Assembly (NCBI GenBank): GCA_965205505.1
Contig: CBDBHB010000008.1
Location: 320,001-384,000 of the forward strand
Reading direction: 5' to 3'
From: Acidobacteriota bacterium
GTDB lineage: Bacteria > Acidobacteriota > UBA890 > WLXD01
Length of the DNA: 64,000 nt
The translations under genes were made by a program, and so were the position numbers. The notes under the pieces were generated by a model. That model worked only from the letters and a program-made list of their open reading frames with translations. It did no database searches and was not told the DNA's origin. Positions 1 through 10,558 of the stretch are shown piece by piece; the stretch's first letter is position 1, and each line of letters opens with the position of its first letter.

Positions 1-928
1 CGGGGCCGGCGCCGTCGTCAGCCTCGGCCACGACAGCGGTGACGCGCCGTTCGAGATGCGGGACGAGATCGTGCCCGACGGCGCCCGGTCTCGTACCGCC
101 GGGCGAGGGATCACGTCGCCGGAGCCCGGGCGGTCGGAAGTCCCCTTCTGGGTTACCTCCGAGGAAGAGGCGCGCGCCGCCGTGCAGGAGCTGGCCGCCC
201 AAGAGGTCGATATCGTCAAGATATGGGTCGATGATCGCAGCGGCCAATACGACAAGCTCTCCCCCGCCCTCTACGGTGCGATCATCGACGAAGCCCACCA
301 GCACGGGTTGATGGTCACCGCTCACGTCTTCACCCTCGAGGATGCAAAGGGCCTCCTTCGCGCCGGGGTCGATGTGTTTGCCCACGGCATCCGTGACCTG
401 GACGTCGACGACGAGCTGGTGGCGCTCTGGACCGAGCGTCCGAACGTGGTCCTGGTACCGAATCTCCCTAGCCCGGGAGTGGCGCTCGACCTCGAGTGGT
501 TGAGCGGAACGGTACCGTCGGCCGAGTTGCAGCAGATGCAGGCAGCTTCCGTAGATCGCCCAGCTGCCCAGGAGGCTTTCGGGATTCAGGGCCGGAATCT
601 GGCAAGGCTCAGCGCCGTCGGCGTGAAGATCGCGTTCGGCACCGATGGGAGTGCCGCGTGGGCGCCCCACCAGGAGATGGAGGACATGGTGAGGTCGGGA
701 CTGTCCACCGCCGACGTCATCGTGGCGGCCACCAGCAGCTCCGCAGAGCTCATGGGTTGGGATGATCTAGGAACAGTGGCGGCCGGAAAGAGCGCCGACT
801 TCATCGTCCTGGACGCCAACCCCCTCGAGGACATCACCCACACAAGGCGGATCTCATCGGTTTACCTGCGCGGCGCGCAGATCGACCGGCAGTCGATCGG
901 GACGCGTCTCAGGAGCGAGACGCCTTAG
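1..928 (+). CDS. Amidohydrolase family protein, 5'-truncated by window edge
   Basis: ORF 56..928 with the frame open upstream; VKIWVDDR, TAH, FAHG, FGTD and C-terminal GTVAAGKSADFIVLDANPLEDI motifs typical of amidohydrolases. Confidence 0.85.
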   Translation, partial: GAGAVVSLGHDSGDAPFEMRDEIVPDGARSRTAGRGITSPEPGRSEVPFWVTSEEEARAAVQELAAQEVDIVKIWVDDRSGQYDKLSPALYGAIIDEAHQHGLMVTAHVFTLEDAKGLLRAGVDVFAHGIRDLDVDDELVALWTERPNVVLVPNLPSPGVALDLEWLSGTVPSAELQQMQAASVDRPAAQEAFGIQGRNLARLSAVGVKIAFGTDGSAAWAPHQEMEDMVRSGLSTADVIVAATSSSAELMGWDDLGTVAAGKSADFIVLDANPLEDITHTRRISSVYLRGAQIDRQSIGTRLRSETP

Positions 929-996
929 CAGGCCGCCTTGCATCTGGCCCCAACTCGCCGTAACCAGACCCACCACACTTTCACAGCGGCCTGCTA
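926..996. mobile_element. Collapsed 71-bp derivative of the MITE at 19949-20227
   Basis: Terminal IR TAGCAGGCCGC/GCGGCCTGCTA; interior gccttgcatctggcccca..cgccgtaaccagacccacca matches the right part of the MITE. Confidence 0.7.
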
Positions 997-1160
997 GGCT
1001 AGCATCACCACCGGCATGGACGAAAACCTAACCACAGCGACCCGGATGTCCGTTGGTGCCCGAGGCCCTGCGGTGCCGAGCTTCCGGATAAGATGTGCCG
1101 CCGATGCACGAGCCTTCCACCGGTCAATGCCACGAGAGGACGCACTTGACGCGAGCGAGA

Positions 1161-1538
1161 ATGAAACGACCGGCAGCTTTGCTGGGTCTAGCCGTGCTGC
1201 TCCCGCAGCTCACCGGGTGCTACAACACTCAGGTGCTCCGAGTGGCACCACCCTCGGCCGAGGATTCCCAACAAATCAGCAACGTTGTGGGGGTCACCAC
1301 GATCGAGAACCAGGAGGTGTCCTTCGTACGATCTGGTGAGGTTCGGGACGAGACCGTGTACGGCACGATCGAAACCAGCTCCGCCACGGGGACCGTCCTG
1401 ACGCCCTACGAGATCGCAGTGTCACAGGTTGCACGTCTGTGGCTGGAAGAAAGAGAGCTTGAATGGGCCCGCCTGCTTACGGGCATCGCTGTAATAGCCG
1501 GCGCGGTCCTTGCGGTCTTGATCGATCCTGTCGATTGA
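1161..1538 (+). CDS. Hypothetical lipoprotein
   Basis: MKRPAALLGLAVLLPQLTG-C lipobox-like signal; C-terminal hydrophobic helix. Confidence 0.6.
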   Translation: MKRPAALLGLAVLLPQLTGCYNTQVLRVAPPSAEDSQQISNVVGVTTIENQEVSFVRSGEVRDETVYGTIETSSATGTVLTPYEIAVSQVARLWLEERELEWARLLTGIAVIAGAVLAVLIDPVD

Positions 1539-1735
1539 GCCGTGTCCCGCGCTTGTCGAGAGCGTCGGCGAGGCTGGCCGCCATTACCCTGGCGGCGCTG
1601 TGCATCGCAGCGTGGCCCCAGCCGGCGCCAGCTGCTGACGAAAGGCGCGCATATACGGTCTTGGAGGATCGATACTGAGGTGGCTAGCCGGCTGACGGAT
1701 CGCCGGATCATGTCCTCGCTCGCGCGAGTGCCCGA

Positions 1736-1978
1736 GTGGGCCGGCTCTTCGGAGAAAACTACGCTTTCCTGGCGATCGAGACCGATGCGAGCAACCTGGC
1801 TGCGGGCGATGTCACGGAGATCGAAGGAACCGACGTGACGTTGGCGACGCCAGCGGGCGAGGAGCGCATCGGTATCGACGATGTCTTCGTCTTCATCGGG
1901 GGCGAGCTCCCTTTCCCGCTGTTACAGCGTATCGGGATCCGCTTCGGCGGCGACGACGCCACACCGGACAATCGCTGA
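1736..1978 (+). pseudogene. C-terminal fragment of a thioredoxin-reductase-like FAD oxidoreductase
   Basis: DDVFVFIGGELPFPLLQRIGIRF resembles the end of this family; no N-terminal FAD-binding part present. Confidence 0.45.
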
Positions 1979-2024
1979 GGCGCCGACTGCGACGCAGCCA
2001 GCGTGTCATTACCCCGAAATCATT

Positions 2025-2051
2025 TAGCAGAGTTCTTCAGCACCCTGCTAG
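2025..2051. mobile_element. Isolated MITE/IS right end
   Basis: cagagttcttcagcaccctgctag is identical to the MITE right end at ~20205-20228. Confidence 0.7.
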
Positions 2052-3062
2052 AGGAACGCGTTGAGGCGAATCCGTTGGCTGAACTGAGGTCGGTCCTGCC
2101 TACGTGCCGATTGCACGTCGCGCTCGCAGGTGTGGACGGCAATCGTGTCTGCACCGGTGACGCTCGCGCTGGCACCCCAACGGAGACTTGCCCCTCTCGC
2201 GCATCTGAGGCGCAACCTGTCGAGCTTTACCAGCAGGCGGTCGCCGGGCGCGTTCATGTCGAGGTGATACACGTCGACCAGGTCGCGGAGCGAGGGGGCG
2301 GACCTCGGTCGAGTACTGCGGAAATGCCGACGACGACGCACCGAGATCGCACTCTGCGCCAGTCCGACGAAAAACACCTTTCCGCGAGTGTCCGACAGCA
2401 GGGAGATGCTGTTCGGGTAGCCGATCCAATCACTCGCGTCCACACGCCTGTTGTAGATCCCGTGCAGCCAGAACATGCACAACGGATCGCCGAGAACGAG
2501 ATTCGGCGGTTGTTCGGTACACCTCTACGATATCGCCTCTCGGGTGCGTGACCGCGGCCAGCACGTAATACTCGCCGGTATTGTCGTGTGTTGTCGTAAC
2601 TCCCACGCAGTAGGGCTTCCTCGACATGCGCAAGCTGCGAACAACTCGGAGCGCATTGTTGACGTCGCGAAACTGCACCTCGTAGTCGGTCCCCCTGTTT
2701 GGGTAGGTGGGGACCGCCACGTAGTGACCGATCGCCTGAATGCCTCCGGGGTGGCCATTGGTCGCCAGGGGCACAGCCGGATCTTGCACAACATACAGCG
2801 CGTCGTCGACGCGGCGCGCCGTGAAGAGGTTGCCGCCCTTCACACTGGTCGATAGCACCAGCCGGTCGCCGCATGTGGTCACCCCCTGCAAATGCTTGGT
2901 CTTCAGCACCTTCCCGGAGGCGGGAATCTGGGATCCACCAGACCGTGCTCTGACCTCCACGTTGGTTCGCGCGCCGAGCTTGCGGAGGGCAGGAACGATC
3001 GCGGGCGCGCCGGTGGTGGTGGCCGTGAGCTTCGGGTTCTTCTCTCGAATCGGTATCGGCAT
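2048..3062 (-). CDS. Hypothetical beta-rich protein, frameshifted
   Basis: Overlapping ORFs 2430..3062 and 2048..2482 read as one protein with a shift near 2480. Confidence 0.5.
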
Positions 3063-3215
3063 AGCGTGTCTCCTGGCAGCTCCTCACAGACAGGAGGCGT
3101 CGCATCGTCATCCAGGTCACCGTCGATCACCGTGTAGGCGAGCCCCTCCTCGACCACGAGTTCCTCGGAAGACGTTTCTAGGTTCGTGACAGCGTGCAGG
3201 GTAGCGGCAGTCCGT

Positions 3216-4148
3216 CTACCAGCTGACGTACTTGTACATCAGTCGGATCAGCTTGTAGCCCTCGGTCATGTTGCGAGCCGTGTACTCGACGGTCGTACCG
3301 TCGACGCGTTGCATGTCGGGCACCGCCTGCAGGATGTCGGCGCGGGTGGTGGTCGCGAAGCGCACTCGGACAACCGTAGGCTCGTCGGGAACGAGGGGGG
3401 ACATCGAAGATAGGTTGGCGAGCGCGTCGAGGGTTGCAACGCGGAGCCTCTCGCGAACCACCGCCGGGTGATCGAGGCGCGCCACTTGAGCGCCGATCGC
3501 CTCCTTGGTGGCCACGGTGCGGGTGCCCGGGCCGACCAAACTCGAGAACTGCCTGGTGAAGACGAGATCGCCCGAAGCCACAATCACCGGGACCCCGTGG
3601 GAGCCAGCGTAGTAGGCGTTCATGCCGCCTTCTCCCACTTCGACCCCGTTAACCCACAACCCCTTGACCGAGCCCGATCCCGTGTGGGCGAGGAAGCCCC
3701 CTTCGGTGCGCGCCCGGGCGTGATAACCGATGAAGATCGCCGCGTCGAACGAGCCGTCGAGCCCCTGCACCATGCCGAGCGGCTTGTTGTTGCCTTGAAT
3801 GTATTCGACGCGCGGATCGAGACTCATGTGGAGCAGGTTCTGCATGCTGCCATGTGAATCGTTGACCAGGATCTCGGCCGGCCCATGCTCGAAGATCGCC
3901 GCAGCAACGGTGTTGATCTCTTCGGTCATGAGCTCCTGACCGAGCCCGTAGCCCCTGCTTCCGGCGCTGGTCATGGCGCTCGTGCCGATGCCGCCGATCC
4001 CCTCCATATCGACTGAGATGAAGACCTTGAGCGATGCTTGCGCTCCGACTGCCGCACCTGAATAGGCGGCAGCCAGCAGCGCAACCGCGAGCGCGATCCG
4101 GGTCGTGCGCACCCCAGTGCTTTGCCTCATGTCGTCGCTCTCCTCCAT
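3216..4148 (-). CDS. M55 family D-aminopeptidase (DppA-like), secreted
   Basis: VFISVDMEG, VNDSHG, IGYHA, LAHT and GEGGMN motifs; signal peptide. Confidence 0.9.
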   Translation of the reverse strand: MEESDDMRQSTGVRTTRIALAVALLAAAYSGAAVGAQASLKVFISVDMEGIGGIGTSAMTSAGSRGYGLGQELMTEEINTVAAAIFEHGPAEILVNDSHGSMQNLLHMSLDPRVEYIQGNNKPLGMVQGLDGSFDAAIFIGYHARARTEGGFLAHTGSGSVKGLWVNGVEVGEGGMNAYYAGSHGVPVIVASGDLVFTRQFSSLVGPGTRTVATKEAIGAQVARLDHPAVVRERLRVATLDALANLSSMSPLVPDEPTVVRVRFATTTRADILQAVPDMQRVDGTTVEYTARNMTEGYKLIRLMYKYVSW

Positions 4149-4192
4149 GTGATCGGATCCGCGGTCATGGGCCGCGACCCTGTCAAGTTCAC

Positions 4193-6592
4193 CTACGCGC
4201 CCGCGGCCTCGAGCGCGGCGAGCACACGCTCGTCTCGAAAGGGCGCTCGGCGAAGACGGACGCCGGTCGCATCGTGGATGGCGTTGGCGACCGCCGCGAC
4301 CATCGGTTTGCAGACCGCCTCGCCGGCTCCGTAGGGCGGCAGATCAGACCGGTCCGGATTGGGATCACCGTTGACCAGCACCACCTCAATCTCGTCCGGC
4401 GTGTCGGTGTGCCTGAGGCTTGGATGAGACAACCAGTCCACGCTCGTGACCTTTTCGGTGTCGAACTGCACCTCCTCATGGAGCGCACGGCTAAGCGAGT
4501 GCAACATCCCACACTCGATCGTGCGACGCAGACCCTCTGGGTTGACGACCAACCCGCAGTCGTGTGCGCAGACGAGCCGCTTCACCCACACGTGTCCCGT
4601 CTCACGATTCACCTCGACCTCGGCAATCTCGGCGACGATCGTCTGGCTACGGAAGGAGTACGCGATCCCGCGTCCCGTCAGAATCGTTCCCGTTCCACGC
4701 AGTTTCGGCGAAGGCCGCGTGTCCCAGCCATAGGCAGCAGCAGCCGCACGAACTACCGCGACCGAGCGCGCCCGTCTGAACCCGCTGTCATCGTCGGTGC
4801 TGCCGCTGAGCAGATTCAGCCGGAACTCGACCGGGTCGGCGTTGGTCGCTGCCGCCAGCTCGTCGATGAACGATTCGGAGGCAAACGTGACTTGCGGTCC
4901 GTTGGGATCCCGGAGGTTGCCGGTTCGAAGCGGCGTTTCCCAAATCAAGGGAAGCCGAACTACTTGAGCCGTCGTGCGCCGGTGCGGAATGGCATACATC
5001 TCGGACGGCGTCGAAGCGCGACCCCTGTTCGGCGTTGCGAGCCGCGTCCCCATGAGTTGTGAGATCAAGACCGTCTCGACCTCGTTGTACCCGACGTGGT
5101 TGTAGTCGGCACTTTGCGCGTCGTACTCCAATGCGACCAGCTTGCCCTGAGTGTCGAGTGCTGCACGCAACCTGAACGTGAACGCCGGCCCCTTCGTATC
5201 CCAGGCCGTTTCCTCGTCCCTCATCCACTGCATGCGAACCGGCCGGCCGATCTCTTTGGCCAGGAATGCGGCCTCGAAGCCCGCATCGTCGGCGGCCGTT
5301 CGGCCGTACGCTTGGGAACCTTCCATCCAGACGACGCGCACCCGGTCCCTGGGCATGCCGAGGAACTCGGCGATGCCGTTCCGCATGCCGTAGGACTTCA
5401 TGTCGTTGGAGTAGATCGTCATCTGATCGTCGGACGGGTCGGCCAGAGCATGAGCTGGACCGAAGGCCGTGTGTCCCTGGAACGGGAAGTCGTACTCGGC
5501 CTCGATTAGCTGTGCGGCGCCGGCGAGCGCCGCTTCGGGATTTCCCACCACGTCCGGATCGTTGCTCGAGGTGGGCGTCGCGCTGCGCATATATGCATAC
5601 AATTCGTCGGACGTCGGGAACGGCGCGGCCGGCGGTTTGTCCCAGTCCGCCTGCAGCCGTCTTGCGGCGTCGATCGCCTGCTCTTCCCGCTCGCAAACCA
5701 CCGCCACGTAGTTACCCCTGCTGACCACTCGGATGAATCCCGGCAGGTCTGTTACGGACGACTCATCGATGCCGCGCAGTGCGGCGCCCACAACCGGCGG
5801 CCTGACGTTGCGCGCATGAACCATCCCGGGCAGCGTGACATCCACTGCCCAGGTCAACGACCCGTCTACCTTCGGGGGAATGTCGTAGCGCTGCGGCGAT
5901 TGGCCGACGATCCGGAGATCCTCCACCGGCTTGACGTCAGCCAGTCCTGAGATCGCGTTGACATCGCGTCCCGTCAGCGTGACATTGAACCGCCGCTCGC
6001 CGACCAAATCCGCGTAGGTGACCGTCTTGGAGGCGTCTGATCTCAACGCGATCACCGCATCACTGACGTCGAGCTGCTCGACCGGCACCTCGAACCGCTC
6101 GGAAGCCAGTTCCAGCAGGACGCGCCGGGCCTCGGCGGCGACACGCCGCATCGGCCAGCCGTCTCTCTGTATCGCATCAGATCCGCCCGAGCCGCCCTGG
6201 TCGGGCGTGACGTCGGTGCTACCCATGACGAGGCTGGTTTTGTCGTACGCGATATCCAGCTCGTCGGACATCATCTGCCGAAATGCCGTTCCGGTGCCTT
6301 GACCACAATCCGTCTTTCCTACGTAGAAAGTCGCTGTGTTGTCGCCATGAATCACGACCCAGGTATCGAGCTGCATGAAGTCGGGGTCGGGATAGGGGCC
6401 CACCGCCTGGGCCAGGGCTGATTCGCCGCCGCCGGCCACCGCCGTGAGTGAGTCGGCGCCCGTGACCGCCGTCGCGCTGAAGCTCACGACAAGAGCGCCC
6501 GAAGTCTTGAGGAAGTCCCTCCGAGAGGTCGAAGGGCTCAGGTTCTCCAATACGTCTTTGACGGCTTTCGGAACGTTCGTGAAGATTGTCAT
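4193..6592 (-). CDS. Xanthine dehydrogenase family molybdopterin-binding subunit (IorB-like), Tat-exported
   Basis: SRRDFLK Tat motif; GKTDCGQG, HDCGLVVNP and GAGE motifs. Confidence 0.9.
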   Translation of the reverse strand: MTIFTNVPKAVKDVLENLSPSTSRRDFLKTSGALVVSFSATAVTGADSLTAVAGGGESALAQAVGPYPDPDFMQLDTWVVIHGDNTATFYVGKTDCGQGTGTAFRQMMSDELDIAYDKTSLVMGSTDVTPDQGGSGGSDAIQRDGWPMRRVAAEARRVLLELASERFEVPVEQLDVSDAVIALRSDASKTVTYADLVGERRFNVTLTGRDVNAISGLADVKPVEDLRIVGQSPQRYDIPPKVDGSLTWAVDVTLPGMVHARNVRPPVVGAALRGIDESSVTDLPGFIRVVSRGNYVAVVCEREEQAIDAARRLQADWDKPPAAPFPTSDELYAYMRSATPTSSNDPDVVGNPEAALAGAAQLIEAEYDFPFQGHTAFGPAHALADPSDDQMTIYSNDMKSYGMRNGIAEFLGMPRDRVRVVWMEGSQAYGRTAADDAGFEAAFLAKEIGRPVRMQWMRDEETAWDTKGPAFTFRLRAALDTQGKLVALEYDAQSADYNHVGYNEVETVLISQLMGTRLATPNRGRASTPSEMYAIPHRRTTAQVVRLPLIWETPLRTGNLRDPNGPQVTFASESFIDELAAATNADPVEFRLNLLSGSTDDDSGFRRARSVAVVRAAAAAYGWDTRPSPKLRGTGTILTGRGIAYSFRSQTIVAEIAEVEVNRETGHVWVKRLVCAHDCGLVVNPEGLRRTIECGMLHSLSRALHEEVQFDTEKVTSVDWLSHPSLRHTDTPDEIEVVLVNGDPNPDRSDLPPYGAGEAVCKPMVAAVANAIHDATGVRLRRAPFRDERVLAALEAAGA

Positions 6593-7101
6593 CCGACCAC
6601 CTCAGGCGCGATGGCCGGTCCGCTGGTCGGTCCGCCGGACGGGGCCCCGCGCGCGACACGCTTGATCGCCGCTTGGACCCGGTAATACGTCATGCACCGA
6701 CACAGGGCTAGGGCCATCCCCTGGCGAATCTCGGCATCCGTCGGATTCGGATTTCGGTCCAGCAGGGCCTTGGCGGTCATGATCTGCCCGTTCTGGCAGA
6801 AGCCGCACTGCGGAACCTGCTCGTCGATCCACGCCTGTTGCACAGGATCCAGCGTCCCGTTCTTGGCGAGGCCTTCGAGCGTCGTTATCTCGCCGCTGAC
6901 CCGAGACGTGAGCGTGACACACGACCGAGTCGCCACGCCATCGATGATCACCGTGCACGCCCCGCACTGCCCGAGCCCACACCCGAACCGCGGCCCCCGC
7001 AAGCCGAGATCGTTTCGCAGGACATAGAGCAGCCGAGTCGACGGATCGATGTCCACCGTGTGTGTTGCACCGTTCACATGCAATGTGACGTTGCTCATCA
7101 T
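6589..7101 (-). CDS. (2Fe-2S)-binding small subunit (IorA/CoxS-like)
   Basis: GCGLGQCGACT, QCGFCQNG and LCRC motifs; start reassigned to MMSNVTL after a GGAG RBS. Confidence 0.9.
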   Translation of the reverse strand: MMSNVTLHVNGATHTVDIDPSTRLLYVLRNDLGLRGPRFGCGLGQCGACTVIIDGVATRSCVTLTSRVSGEITTLEGLAKNGTLDPVQQAWIDEQVPQCGFCQNGQIMTAKALLDRNPNPTDAEIRQGMALALCRCMTYYRVQAAIKRVARGAPSGGPTSGPAIAPEVVG

Positions 7102-7218
7102 CCATGCTCCTGGGCGTAGTATTTCATTGCTCTCTGCGAGCATCTTAGCGAAATAGCGGCGCTGCTTGGAGGCCCGCCGAAGCCGGCTCTCTTTTTTCGC
7201 GTGTGCCCGCCAGGCAGC

Positions 7219-7297
7219 TAGCGTCTCAGCCGAGTCTCGCGAAATGGCTACTCCCTTGGACCCTCGCCGGCTCCGGCGATAGGCTTCAGGCACTCAC
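7219..7297 (+). repeat. Kinase-promoter repeat copy A
   Basis: tagcg..cagccgagtctcgcga..ttgga..ctcgccg..cgataggcttcaggcactcac aligns with 24522-24606. Confidence 0.7.
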
Positions 7298-7357
7298 GAC
7301 AGCACCGCTGCACGTGGACCGACAACCCCGTCGGCGCCACCGCTCAAGGAGAACACC

Positions 7358-7937
7358 ATGAGGTTGATGCGCGTTCCCGTCATACCAGTCGCCGTCGCCT
7401 TGGCGGCCCTACTTGTGGCGGTTCCGAGCGGTGGAGAAGTCGTGCCTGAGGATTCCGCACCGCAGGTGGTCAACGTCTACGCGTCGAACCCGGCGTCGGA
7501 GATTTCCGCGCCGACCGCGCACATTAACTCTGCACAGGTTGGCTGGGAGAACGTCGGCGCCATCACGCGCTGGAATACGGTCATTGGCGGCGACTCGATT
7601 CCCGACGACGACATGCAGGTAGGCCTCTGGGAGCTTGCGCCGCGGGCGATCTACGCCGGTCACGTTCACCCGGTACCGGAATTCTACGTCGTCCTCGACG
7701 GGCAAGCGGAGTGGACCCTCGGCACCGACACCTTCGTCGCCGAGCCGGGCGAGGTGGTCTACATCGCCCCGAATACGATGCACCGGATGGTGAACCTGAC
7801 AGACGATCTGGTGCGGGCGGTCTGGGGCCGCTGGGCTCCCGACGGCGACCGCAGCGTGTTCGAGGGCGAGTTATCGGTTCGTGGAGCCGATTCCGGAACA
7901 ACCGCCCGAGGCAGTGTTCCCGGAGTCTGGGCAGTAG
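7358..7937 (+). CDS. Secreted cupin-domain protein, frameshift near 7871
   Basis: Signal peptide; HVHPVPEFYVVLDG and PNTMH cupin motifs; plausible C-terminus YRFVEPIPEQPPEAVFPESGQ* in the shifted frame. Confidence 0.7.
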
Positions 7938-8007
7938 GCTGCGCTATCGATGGCAAAGCTGTCTCGATGCAGGGGTCGTTCGATGCCCGGCGAGGACTGC
8001 AGCACTC

Positions 8008-8589
8008 CTATCCGCCGGGAAGCTGCCAGTTCCTTACTGCGTCGAGCGGGCGAATCAGCATCAGGATGTTGAGCAGCAGGCTGTCGCGGATCCACAAGAT
8101 CAGCAGGGCTTCGATAGCGAAGAAGCCACCGACGGAGGCCCAGGTCGGGATCGCGGCAGCCAGCGCGTAGCCGATGCCGCACGCGGCGATATCAGCCAGC
8201 GAGTTGACGATGCTGTCGCCGTAGTAGTCGAGCGAGATCGTCGATTCGCGATAGCAATCGATCATGTATGGCGTGTTCTCGAAGACCTCCCAGACGGTCT
8301 CGACTCCCAGCGTCACGACGAAGCGCCCGGCGTGCGACAGCCTCGTGCCGACGATCAGCCACAGCAGCCCGTAGAACGCCACCCCGTGGAGTACATGCGT
8401 CAGCGTGTAGGGGTCGGCAAGATGCTGCGAGTTGTGCATGCTCCAGATGTCGGCCGAGAACAGCTGCGCTTGTCCGCCCTCGCACCAGACGACCCGCCCC
8501 ATGGCGCCGAGCGCCAGGGCGGCGCCGACGAAAAGCGATGCCACTGCTACCACCTTGGACAAGGTGACGTCGGCGTGGAGCTTGCGCAT
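8008..8589 (-). CDS. DUF2585 (UPF0314) family membrane protein
   Basis: NSQHLADPYTLTHVLHG, WEVFEN, YYGDSIVNS and IRDSLLLN motifs. Confidence 0.85.
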   Translation of the reverse strand: MRKLHADVTLSKVVAVASLFVGAALALGAMGRVVWCEGGQAQLFSADIWSMHNSQHLADPYTLTHVLHGVAFYGLLWLIVGTRLSHAGRFVVTLGVETVWEVFENTPYMIDCYRESTISLDYYGDSIVNSLADIAACGIGYALAAAIPTWASVGGFFAIEALLILWIRDSLLLNILMLIRPLDAVRNWQLPGG

Positions 8590-8642
8590 TGACTCACCGG
8601 AATCGGTTGCAGTCACCGTGACGCGAGGTTCCGGCTGATCTT

Positions 8643-8754
8643 ACGATGGGCTTCACGCGCTCATTCTGGTAGCGCCATGAAACCCGGCACTCGACTAGGC
8701 CACTACGAGATCCTCGCTCCGCTCGGTGTAGGCGGCATGGGCCAGGTGTACCGG
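8643..8754 (+). repeat. Kinase-promoter/5' repeat copy B (26 kinase codons from ATG 8677)
   Basis: Translates MKPGTRLGHYEILAPLGVGGMGQVYR, the Gly-rich loop of a Hanks-type kinase. Confidence 0.85.
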
Positions 8755-8755
8755 C

Positions 8756-10451
8756 TACCGGGACCATCTACAACCCGTTCTTTTCTCCGGACGGTCAATG
8801 GGTAGGGTTCACGGATAACGGCGAACGGGAGCTGAGAAAGGTACCCGTCGGCGGAGGCTCTCCGGTGACCATTGCGTCGCTGGGAGGGCGTGGCGGCCGA
8901 TGTTCGGCCAGCTGGAGCGCTGACGATTGGATCTTCTATACGCCTGGTCTGCACAGCGCCCTGTTCCGTGTGCCGGCAGCCGGTGGGGATCCCGAGCGGT
9001 TGACCACCCTTGATGCCGCACGAGGTGAGCTCACCCACCGTTTCCCGCAGGCGCTACCGGGCAGCAATGCCGTGTTGTTCACCTCCCACACCGCGCTCAC
9101 GGGGCTCGAGAACGGCAATATCGAGGTACTGGATCTGCAGACAGGGCAAAGGAAGGTACTGCTGCGCGGGGGCTTCGATGCCCGCTACGTACCCACCGGG
9201 CATCTGGTGTACGCGCGGCAGGGAGCCTTGCACGCCGTACCTTTCGACCTGGGACGGCTAGAGGTGCAAGGCTCCGACACACTCATCGTGCAATCGCTCC
9301 GCACGATCGACGCACCGAGACGGTCGGGGCCACCGTTCAGCTTCGCCCAAACGGGAGCGCTCTTTTATCTGAGCGAGGAGAGTGCCGCTCGGCAGTATCC
9401 GGTCGTATGGGTCGATCGCCAGGGCAACGCAACCCCGCTGTGGGATGAACCCGGCCTCTATGGCGATCCAACTCTGTCGCCAGACGGCACACGCTTGGCC
9501 GTCAGACTCATGCGCGACGACAACGTGGATGTGTGGATCTACGACATGGAACGGGATGTTCCGAGCCGGCTGACGTTTGCCGAAGCCATGGATGTTGTTC
9601 CTGTCTGGTCGCCGGACGGGCAGTTTCTCGTCTTCGGCTCGGATCGGAGCGGGCCGCTGAATACGTATCGGATTCGCGCCGACGGCTCGGGACAGGCTGA
9701 GGTGCTGATTGAGGGCGAGCAGAACAACTGGCCGATGTCGTGGTCTGACGACGGCAGGTTCCTCGCCTATGGCACACCGAGTGAGGCTGACCTTGGCGCT
9801 GACGTTTGGGTGCTGCCGGTGAACGGCGGCCGAGAACCGCACGCCCTCCTCAACACCAGCGCCGCCGAGCAGCGGGCCGACCTGTCGCCTAACGGTCGCT
9901 GGATTGCGTACGAATCCAATGAGTCGGGGGAAGTATGGGAGGTTTACGTGCGGCCTTTCCCCGAAGGGCCCGGCAAGTGGCAGCTTTCGAGCACCGGAGG
10001 TGGCCAACCCAAATGGTCAGCCGATGGACGTGAGGTTTTTTACCTCAGCGAGACCGGGGTCATGGCGGTTGCGGTAGAGACGGAGGGCGACTCTTTCAGC
10101 CATGGCCGAGCCGAGCAGCTCTTCGAGGGAACCGCCATCGGTGGGTTTCTCGGGGCACCGCTCGGGGACGCCTACCTTCGCAGCTATGACGTCGCAGCCG
10201 ACGGGCAGCGTTTCGTGATGCTCCCCAACCAGAGCCAGACGAGAAGCGGCAATGTGACGCTGGTCACCAACTGGTTCGAGGAGCTGAAGCGGCTCGTGCC
10301 GACGGCCCCACCCCACCCTGCTCCCGCAGCTAGCGAACGCGCGCGATTCGCTCCTCCGTCGGGAAGCGATGGAATTTCTGGACATCGTGGCCGGGTACGC
10401 CACGATCGGGTGAGCCTGCCAGCTCGATCGGATCGGCGAGTACCAAGTTGA
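8756..10451 (+). pseudogene. TolB-like (PD40) beta-propeller C-terminal part of a Ser/Thr kinase gene whose kinase domain is deleted
   Basis: Repeated SPDG motifs; family-typical end NWFEELKRLVP near 10300 followed by run-on; out of frame with the kinase start at 8677. Confidence 0.8.
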
Positions 10452-10558
10452 GCGATTCTCTGCGCGGCGAATAGCGTCGGCAGGCCACCCGAAAGCATTG
10501 GTACCCGACTCCGAATCCGGTGGGCTTACGCTCGCGAGGGTTCGAGTCCAGATGACGG

